From Pyrodictium abyssi (GTDB taxonomy: Archaea > Thermoproteota > Thermoprotei_A > Sulfolobales > Pyrodictiaceae), in contig NZ_AP028907.1 in the NCBI RefSeq assembly GCF_036323395.1, positions 510,001-542,000 on the forward strand: a DNA stretch of 32,000 nt, read 5' to 3'. The position numbers and the translations under genes are program-made. Below are positions 25,749 to 32,000 of this stretch, in pieces (position 1 is the stretch's first letter; the number at the start of each line of letters is the position of its first letter). The notes beneath the pieces are model-generated. The model searched no databases, was not told the origin of the DNA, and saw nothing but the letters and a program-made list of their open reading frames with translations.

Positions 25749-27107
25749 ATGGCCAACCCCCGCACAAGCATAGCGGTCGCAATCGTAGCCATACTAGCCA
25801 TAGCCGGTATAGCCCTCTACCTAGGCGGTAAGGGCGGCGCACCTGCAACACCCACCGCGCCAGCCACAACCGGCCCAGTGCCAGCCACCACAGCCACACA
25901 GGCCGAGACAGCACCAGCAGCTACCCAGACAGCCCAGGCCGAGGCAACAACGGCAGCGGGAGGCCTCAAGGGCGAGGTAGTGATAGGCGCACTCCTCCCG
26001 CTAACCGGCGACCTAGCCAGCTACGGCGAGAACAGCAAGGCAGCCCTAGAGCTAGCCGAGAGGGACATAAACGCCTTCCTAGAGAAGGCCGGCGCGCCGT
26101 TCCGCATAAAGATCGTGGTAGAGGACACCGAGACTAAGCCAGAGGTGTGTCTACAGAAGATACAGGCGCTAGCCGCTAAGGGCTTCAAGTTCTTCATAGG
26201 CCCTATGACAAGCGCTGAGGTGCGCCAGATAAAGAACTTCGCTGACCAGAACAAGCTGCTAGTGATAAGCCAGAGCAGCACCGCCCCAGCCCTAGCCATA
26301 CCCAACGACTATATATTCAGGTTCTGTCCCACCGACAACATACAGGGCCCAGTAATAGCCAAGATGGCTAAGCACTTCGGCATAAAGGCTATAGTGATAA
26401 TGTGGCGTGGCGACGCCTGGGGCGACGGCCTACACGACGCCGTAAAGGAGGCTGCCACCAAGCTAGGCATAGAGGTAATCGACGGCCCCAGGTACGACCC
26501 CAAGGCCAAGGAGTTCAGCACCGAGGTAGACCAGCTAGCTAGCCTAGTACAGGAGGCTGTGAACAAGTACGGCAAGGACAAGGTAGCAGTAGTCTACATA
26601 GGCTTCAACGAGGTAGTACAGGTATTCCAGGTGGCTAGCCAGTACGACGTACTCAAGCAGGTAAGGTGGTTCGGCAGCGACGGTACCGCCCTACTAGACG
26701 AGCTAGTAAAGGACCCAGTAGCCGCCGAGTTCGCCTACCAGGTGAAGTTCCTCAACCCGATATTCGCCGCCTCTAAGAGCCAGAAGTACGACAAGATAGT
26801 AGGGGAGCTACGCCAGAAGCTAGGCCGCGAGCCCGACACCTACGCCCTAGCAGCCTACGACGCCGCGTGGGTGATAACACTATCCCTGCTAGCCACCCAG
26901 AAGTACGACCCAACAGCCGTCAAGGAGATACTAGCGGACGTAGCCTACAACTACTTCGGCGCCACCGGCTGGGTGGTGCTGGACAAGGCTGGCGACCGCG
27001 CCTTCGCCGACTACGACCTATGGCAGGTAGAGAAGGCCGACGGCGGCTACAAGTGGGTACTCAAGGGCGTCTACCAGTACGCTAGCGACAGCTTCAGCTG
27101 GCAGTAA
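25749..27107 (+). CDS. livK: Branched-chain amino-acid-type ABC transporter substrate-binding protein
   Basis: N-terminal TM/signal SIAVAIVAILAIAGIALYLGG, Thr/Ala/Pro-rich linker, GEVVIGALLPLTGDLASYGENSKAALELAERDIN...IGPMTSAEVRQIKNFADQNKLLVISQSSTAPAL. Divergent from livGFHM. Confidence 0.93.
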   Translation: MANPRTSIAVAIVAILAIAGIALYLGGKGGAPATPTAPATTGPVPATTATQAETAPAATQTAQAEATTAAGGLKGEVVIGALLPLTGDLASYGENSKAALELAERDINAFLEKAGAPFRIKIVVEDTETKPEVCLQKIQALAAKGFKFFIGPMTSAEVRQIKNFADQNKLLVISQSSTAPALAIPNDYIFRFCPTDNIQGPVIAKMAKHFGIKAIVIMWRGDAWGDGLHDAVKEAATKLGIEVIDGPRYDPKAKEFSTEVDQLASLVQEAVNKYGKDKVAVVYIGFNEVVQVFQVASQYDVLKQVRWFGSDGTALLDELVKDPVAAEFAYQVKFLNPIFAASKSQKYDKIVGELRQKLGREPDTYALAAYDAAWVITLSLLATQKYDPTAVKEILADVAYNYFGATGWVVLDKAGDRAFADYDLWQVEKADGGYKWVLKGVYQYASDSFSWQ

Positions 27108-27115
27108 CACATCTC

Positions 27116-27123
27116 TTGTTTTT
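27116..27123 (+). terminator. T-tract terminator candidate after livK
   Basis: CTTGTTTTTACC shortly after TAA 27107, with a second TTTTT near 27149-27153. Confidence 0.35.
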
Positions 27124-27442
27124 ACCACACTCTTAAGTCCCAACCCCGTTTTTGGCTAGGCCCACTCGGGTCCTCGACCCCCTCGTGGGCCCGAATGCTC
27201 CTCCCTCGGCGGGGCCCTGCCCTCCTGCGCATCCCGTATCCCTCCTTCTGGGCAATCCTCGGTCAGCTGGACCCTGGGCCCCTGATGGTCCAGTGCAGTG
27301 CTGGGATACGGGCGGCTATGGTTGCGGGCTATGGCGTTTTGGAGCCGGAGGCGCGTGGAGGGAGAAGGAGGCGGATACGCCCCAGGCGGGCTGTGAGGAT
27401 GAAGGAGTAGGTGAGGGCCTGGGAGGGCTAAAGGGTCCTTTG

Positions 27443-28330
27443 TTAGTCTCTTTCCTCGCTGCTGGAGGCTATCTTGTAGCGGCCGGCCAGGTTCTCCACA
27501 AGGCTGTCCTTGGCGGCCTTACAGTATATGGGGGCGAGTGTCTTGGCGCGTAGGCTCGTCTCTACTATGTCGCGTATGTTGCTCGGCTTTTCCATGACCT
27601 CTACTAGGAGGTAGGTGTCCTTGGGCTCGTTTATCTCCTCGACTATCCCGTTCTGCGGGTCCACGACCATGGTGGGTATTTCTACGAGCTTGTCTACGGT
27701 CTCGAACACTGCGCCCACGGCTAGTATGGGGACGTTGTTCTCTACGCTGCGGGCGAGTAGGCTGAGCTTTACCCGGTTCTCGTTCTCGCCGGGCCGGAGG
27801 GTGGCTATGAACGCGGTGGCGCCCTCGAGGAGGAGGCTGCGCGCTACCTCTGGGTAGAATATGTCGTCCTCTGCTAGGATGCCTATGCTCCTCCCTATGT
27901 CGTCTATGACGACGGTGTTGCGTCCCGGGCTTATGCCTAGCTCCTCGTCGAGCCCGTTGCTGGCTATCTTCCTGTACTTCGCTAGGAGGCTGCCGTTGGG
28001 CGATACCACTATCGTGGTGAGGAATATCTTGGGGCCTGCGCGCTCTATGAGGGGCCCGGCTACTATGTAGACGCCGTTCTCGAGCGCGACCATGGAGAGG
28101 TACTCGAAGGTGTTCCCGGGTATGCGCTCAGCCTGGTTCCGTGTTATGGCTCGGTTGCGGGTCCGCGGGTAGTGGAGGAAGAACGGCCCTATGTTCACGA
28201 AGGCTGGCAGCACGACCAGCCTAGCTCCCTTGAGAGCGGCCTCCTTGACTAGCTTCCTGGCCTTCTCGAGGTTGGACTTCTTGGCGAGAGGCTTTAGCCT
28301 CATGTGTATCAGCGCCACGGTTATAGGCAC
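27443..28330 (-). CDS. Carbon-nitrogen hydrolase (nitrilase) fold protein, predicted catalytically inactive
   Basis: ALIHMRLKPLAKKSNLEKARKLVKEAALKGARLVVLPAFVN, LLAKYRKIAS, GRSIGILAEDDIFYPEVARSLLLEGATAFIATL, ARSVENNVPILAVG match the fold, but the catalytic Glu and Cys positions are substituted. Confidence 0.85.
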   Translation of the reverse strand: MPITVALIHMRLKPLAKKSNLEKARKLVKEAALKGARLVVLPAFVNIGPFFLHYPRTRNRAITRNQAERIPGNTFEYLSMVALENGVYIVAGPLIERAGPKIFLTTIVVSPNGSLLAKYRKIASNGLDEELGISPGRNTVVIDDIGRSIGILAEDDIFYPEVARSLLLEGATAFIATLRPGENENRVKLSLLARSVENNVPILAVGAVFETVDKLVEIPTMVVDPQNGIVEEINEPKDTYLLVEVMEKPSNIRDIVETSLRAKTLAPIYCKAAKDSLVENLAGRYKIASSSEERD

Positions 28331-28441
28331 AGACCACCGACCTCCAACCGCTCCTGCAAGAGGGCTAGAGCCGACACGACATGCATAGCCGCGTCATGGA
28401 CTCTACACCTGGGGGCTTCCCGCGTAAAGCGCTGGGCGGGA

Positions 28442-28484
28442 CCCAGGCCCCCCGGGGCTTAGTGGTCCCCCGGAGCTAGCCTGG
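28442..28484. repeat. Nested stem-loop in the intergenic region
   Basis: Outer arms CCCAGGC (28442-28448)/GCCTGGG (28478-28484); inner arms CCGGGG (28452-28457)/CCCCGG (28467-28472). Confidence 0.7.
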
Positions 28485-28685
28485 GCTGTAGGTGGGAGAA
28501 CCCGTGATAACTCCTATACGGTATTCCAAGGGATAAAACCTCTTAGGCTCCTCTGGCGCCGTGTGTGGCCCCTCCTCTCCCTCAATGCTTGTGTGCTCCT
28601 CTGGGGTTTCTTGTGCGAACACTATATTGCCTGCAGCCAGTCTACATACACGATTGCAGAGTGTGGGAGAGGTGCGCATATAGAT

Positions 28686-30281
28686 ATGGGTATATCCTCG
28701 TACAGCAGCCTTGCACGCCTAGCAGCCCTCGCGCTCATACTGGCTGCCGCGCTGGGCAGCCTAGCGGCCGCCCAGCAGCCTGGCGGCATGGAGCCGGTCC
28801 GCGTCGAGGTGCGCAACTCGACCTTCAAGGTGCTAGTCTACGGTGATGGCGCAGTACAGCCGGTCTACCACCTGGATATGACCGTGTACGTGCCAGGAGG
28901 CACGAACTCCTCCGGCAAGCTGGTCCTAAGCTACGAGGGGCGCTACACGGGGTCGGAGGAGATGACGACCGTCAAGGGCTCGGGGAGTATAGAGCTGCCA
29001 GAGCCTGTCGACAAGCCCGGCGCACTGACGATAGAGGTTAGCGGGAGCTACCAGTACAGCAGCGGTAGCGGCTCGTTCGCCATGCAGGGATACATGGTCT
29101 TCCCAGGCGACGAGGGCGAGTCTAGAGTCGACATAGAGAAGCTGGAGGCAACGATAGAGGGCTCCAAGATAGTGGTCACGGCCGACATAGTGGCCCCCTC
29201 CAAGACTGTGGAGGGTGAGGGCCAGGAGGTGCCTACCGTCGACGAGATAAACAAGCAGCTAGCTAGCCAGGGGATAGACTACATACGCGTAGAAGAGCTC
29301 GGAGCCATAATGCAGCAGGGCGGCCGCGTAAAGCTCCACATAAGCGCCTCGATAGACGTCGACAAGGCGATAGCAGCGGCGAAGACAATGGGCCTTAGCG
29401 AGAGCGACGCAGAGGCGGTAAAGAGCCTCATGTCGGCGGAGCTGAGCCTCCAGGGAGAGTTCAGGCTAAGCATGACCGCCGAGGCGGAGGGAAAGAGGTT
29501 CACGCTCGACCTGAGCTACAGTAGCAGGAGCAGCGGCGACCTGGACAAAGCCCAGGTGCTCGTCGCAAAGTCCATGCCGGCCCTACAGAGGCTCTCTATG
29601 GCTCTGGCGATGCAGCTCAGCCAGGTGAGCAGCGAGACGCCCGCCCCAATGCCTATGGTAGGGATGCCGGGCATTGGGATGATGCAGACCGCGATGCCCC
29701 TGGTCAAGGCGGCGCCCAGTGAAGCCAAGGCCACGGCGGAGATAGTGGTGCTGGACGACCGTGTAGAGGTTAGGGTGGACTACCGGGGGCACCGGGTGCG
29801 CGTGCCAGAGCCGAGCGGCGACCCGGCCCGCGACGCTGAGAAAGCGCTTACAATGCTATCCACGGCCTACGGCCAGATGCTCCCGATGCTCCAGCAGCTA
29901 GCCTTCATAGCGCCGGGCCTCGAGAAGGCCATCCCCGGCGAGGCCATGCTCGAGCCCGTAGGCGAGGGCGTCGAGCTTACGGCCCGGCGGGTGCCGCTCC
30001 AGCAGCTAGCCACGGTGGGCGTCAAGATAGCCGGCCCCGGTGCGCAGGGGCAGCAGACAGGGATGCCGACGGAGACTGCAGCGGCGCAGACGGCTACCGT
30101 GCAGGCTGAGCAGACTAAGGCCAGCGGAGCCACGGCTACCACGGCTAAGCCGGCCCCGGCCACGGCTGGCGGGGAGCAGACGGCTGAGGAGAAGGGCGTG
30201 GGAGCCAACACTACGCTCATAGCTGCGGGTGTAGTGGCGGTAGTAGGGGCTGCAGCAGCGGTGGTACTTCTGAGACGCTAG
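28686..30281 (+). CDS. Secreted, C-terminally membrane-anchored protein of unknown function
   Basis: ATG 28686 gives signal peptide MGISSYSSLARLAALALILAAALGSLAAAQQ, a large beta-rich extracellular region, Thr/Ala/Gln-rich stalk and C-terminal TM TTLIAAGVVAVVGAAAAVVLLRR. The tracked ORF starts earlier, at 28563. Confidence 0.8.
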   Translation: MGISSYSSLARLAALALILAAALGSLAAAQQPGGMEPVRVEVRNSTFKVLVYGDGAVQPVYHLDMTVYVPGGTNSSGKLVLSYEGRYTGSEEMTTVKGSGSIELPEPVDKPGALTIEVSGSYQYSSGSGSFAMQGYMVFPGDEGESRVDIEKLEATIEGSKIVVTADIVAPSKTVEGEGQEVPTVDEINKQLASQGIDYIRVEELGAIMQQGGRVKLHISASIDVDKAIAAAKTMGLSESDAEAVKSLMSAELSLQGEFRLSMTAEAEGKRFTLDLSYSSRSSGDLDKAQVLVAKSMPALQRLSMALAMQLSQVSSETPAPMPMVGMPGIGMMQTAMPLVKAAPSEAKATAEIVVLDDRVEVRVDYRGHRVRVPEPSGDPARDAEKALTMLSTAYGQMLPMLQQLAFIAPGLEKAIPGEAMLEPVGEGVELTARRVPLQQLATVGVKIAGPGAQGQQTGMPTETAAAQTATVQAEQTKASGATATTAKPAPATAGGEQTAEEKGVGANTTLIAAGVVAVVGAAAAVVLLRR

Positions 30282-30333
30282 CCCCCAGGGGGCCCAGCCG
30301 TTAGCGTCCGTGGCGCGTCTTGGCGTAGCCCTC

Positions 30334-30344
30334 GTTTTTCCTTC
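30334..30344 (+). terminator. T-rich terminator candidate
   Basis: GTTTTTCCTTCC about 50 nt after the stop at 30281; a small GCCCC-CAG-GGGGC hairpin (30281-30293) abuts the stop. Confidence 0.35.
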
Positions 30345-30512
30345 CTCGTAGAGTCTCGTGTGTCTCCTTCCTGGCTGCTCTGCTGGGCGCCAGGTCCTGC
30401 CAGGTAACCGGCTGGGCTAGCGTGCCCCGGAGACAACACGAAGCCGTTTCTTAAACGCTGCGTTAAAATCAGCCTGGGAGCCTCCAGGGCCCCGGAGGGT
30501 GCAAAGCCGGCC

Positions 30513-31268
30513 ATGAGGCGCCTGCTGCGGCCCCCTCGGGAGCCCAGCGCGCTAGGCATAATGGCCTTCAGCGCCCTGGTGGGCCTAGCGACGGCGGCTA
30601 GCCCGAGCCCGGCAGGGCTAGCCCTCGCCGTAGCCGCGGTGCTCCTCCACGTGTTCACGTTCGACGCGGCCTTCGACGCTGCTAGGCTCCGGAGGCGGGG
30701 GCTGCTCGCCGCGCTAGCGGCGCTGAACGCCTCCCCCTACCTCCTAGCCGTGCTGCTCTGGCGCGACTGGGTGCTCGCTGCTGCTGTGCTCGCCTACGCT
30801 CCGGTGCTGGCCGTCTACCTGGTGCTGAGTCTCCGGGGCGCGCTGAGGACACCGCCGGGCTACATCGCGGGCGCAGCGCTGCTAGCCTACACGGCTGTGC
30901 TCTCGGCCGCGCTGGCGGGGGAGCCGACCAGGCTGACACTGGCTGGCTTCGCGCTAATGATGCTCTACACGGCGAGCACAGCAGCCTACGTGGAGACACG
31001 GCTACCCACGAGGAGGACGAGCCCGCTCCTCCCGCTAGCGGTATGGCTTCCAGCGCTCCCCGTGGCAGCAGCTACCTGGCCCTGGCTCTTACTAGCCTGC
31101 ATAGAGCCCACGGCCAAGCTGATGGTAAACGCGGCGAGGAACACCAAGATAGACATGAGGGAGATAAGGCGGCTAGGCTGGAGGGAGCTCGCCCGGCTAA
31201 CACTCTTCACAGCCCTGCTCACTGCCTCGCTAGCAGTGCTCCGTGGGACAGACCCAGAAGCCCCGTAG
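30513..31268 (+). CDS. Polytopic membrane protein, possibly YwiC-like
   Basis: RPPREPSALGIMAFSALVGLATAASPSP... with about 8 hydrophobic segments. The family call is tentative. Confidence 0.6.
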   Translation: MRRLLRPPREPSALGIMAFSALVGLATAASPSPAGLALAVAAVLLHVFTFDAAFDAARLRRRGLLAALAALNASPYLLAVLLWRDWVLAAAVLAYAPVLAVYLVLSLRGALRTPPGYIAGAALLAYTAVLSAALAGEPTRLTLAGFALMMLYTASTAAYVETRLPTRRTSPLLPLAVWLPALPVAAATWPWLLLACIEPTAKLMVNAARNTKIDMREIRRLGWRELARLTLFTALLTASLAVLRGTDPEAP

Positions 31269-31307
31269 GGGGCTTCCTACCACTTATCAAGGGGAAGGGG
31301 GGCACTG

Positions 31308-32000
31308 GTGCCTCCCCTGAGGTGCCGCCGGGCTGTGCTAGACCGGGGCCTACTCGCGGTAGCCCTCCTCAGCCTCGCGGGCGCTGCTGTGAAGATCTAC
31401 GGCTCGCTCGTCTACGGCAGCCGTGCGCTGCTCGTGGACGCGCTCACCTGCGCTGCGAACATGGCTGCGCTCGCGGCCATGCTCTGGTACCTCCACGTCT
31501 CCCGTGCCCCGCCGGACGAGGACCACCCCTACGGGCACCAGAGGCTGCGCTACGGCGGCGCGCTCGCCAGCCTCTCCGCGTACATGTTCGTGGCCGGTGC
31601 TTCGGCGGCGGCGCTGGTCTACAGCCTCGGCGGCTACACGGTGGAGGCGGGCAGCACGGCAGCCGCCCTGGCAGGCAGCGCGTTCTACGCAGCCGCGATA
31701 TACGTGGCCCGGGGCATCGACCCCGTGCTCCGGGTCTACGCGGGCTTCACGGCGAGCGAGCTGATAGAGAGCGGCGTCACGGCTGCGAGTAGCTGGCTCG
31801 GCGCAAGCCTAGGCTACCTCTACGACCTAGCCGGCGGCGTGGCCATCCTCGCCTACCTGCTCCACGAGGCCGTGGAGACCCACCACAAGCTGATGAAGAT
31901 ATTCGCCGACACTGCTGCTCCACAGCACTTCTACGAGCTGGTCGAGCGCGAGGCGCTGCTCCGCGGCCTACACCCCGTCCGTGTCAGGCTCCGCATGGTG
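31308..32000 (+). CDS. Cation diffusion facilitator-like membrane protein (partial, runs off the window)
   Basis: The frame from GTG 31308 is open to 32000 (231 codons; absent from the ORF track because no stop is reached): AVLDRGLLAVALLSLAGAAVKIYGSLVYGSRALLVDALTCAANMAALAAMLWYLHVSRAPPDEDHPYGHQRLRYGGALASL. The DEDHPYGHxRLRYGG loop is CDF-typical. Confidence 0.8.
   Translation, partial: MPPLRCRRAVLDRGLLAVALLSLAGAAVKIYGSLVYGSRALLVDALTCAANMAALAAMLWYLHVSRAPPDEDHPYGHQRLRYGGALASLSAYMFVAGASAAALVYSLGGYTVEAGSTAAALAGSAFYAAAIYVARGIDPVLRVYAGFTASELIESGVTAASSWLGASLGYLYDLAGGVAILAYLLHEAVETHHKLMKIFADTAAPQHFYELVEREALLRGLHPVRVRLRMV

Noticed and set aside
27152-27553. 133-aa plus-strand ORF between livK and the nitrilase-like gene
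   Set aside because: It is low-complexity, Gly/Pro-rich and partly antisense to the conserved nitrilase-like C-terminus. The spacer 27108-27442 has no supported gene.
31043-31792. 249-aa plus-strand ORF across the polytopic protein and CDF-like gene
   Set aside because: Frame shadow; the coding frames on either side (30513-31268 and 31308 onward) have clear membrane-protein features.
1-32000. CRISPR arrays, tRNA or rRNA genes, transposases
   Set aside because: No regularly spaced repeats were seen by eye, no tRNA-like T-loop was found in the gaps I checked, and no transposase or integrase motifs were found in the ORF translations.

Overview
This GC-rich window appears to come from a hyperthermophilic crenarchaeon (possibly Pyrodictiaceae/Desulfurococcales, inferred from gene content, GTG/TTG starts and archaeal TATA elements). 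Coding is dense on both strands. Supported modules: a BMP/nucleoside-type ABC transporter (ATPase plus two permeases) preceded by a disrupted AAA ATPase and a TOPRIM-like gene; a GGCT-like protein and Sua5/YrdC; DUF1648 and PH-like membrane protein remnants; an AAA ATPase with a DUF234 nuclease-like C-terminus behind a perfect 13-bp palindrome; a beta-propeller protein; CopA and a YHS protein; an orphan PD-(D/E)XK-like protein; MscS; a DUF364-like protein; a HemN-like radical SAM protein with atypical Cys spacing; a HerA-like ATPase fused to a SWIM zinc finger; an ornithine cyclodeaminase-like protein; a complete branched-chain amino-acid-type (Liv) ABC system; a nitrilase-fold protein lacking catalytic residues; a secreted, membrane-anchored protein; a polytopic membrane protein; and a partial CDF-like transporter with altered metal-site residues. 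The strongest candidate for a new system is the AAA ATPase plus TOPRIM-like pair at 510-2724, though its ATPase reading frame is broken. No CRISPR array, tRNA or rRNA was recognised. All family calls come from reading motifs by eye, with no database search.
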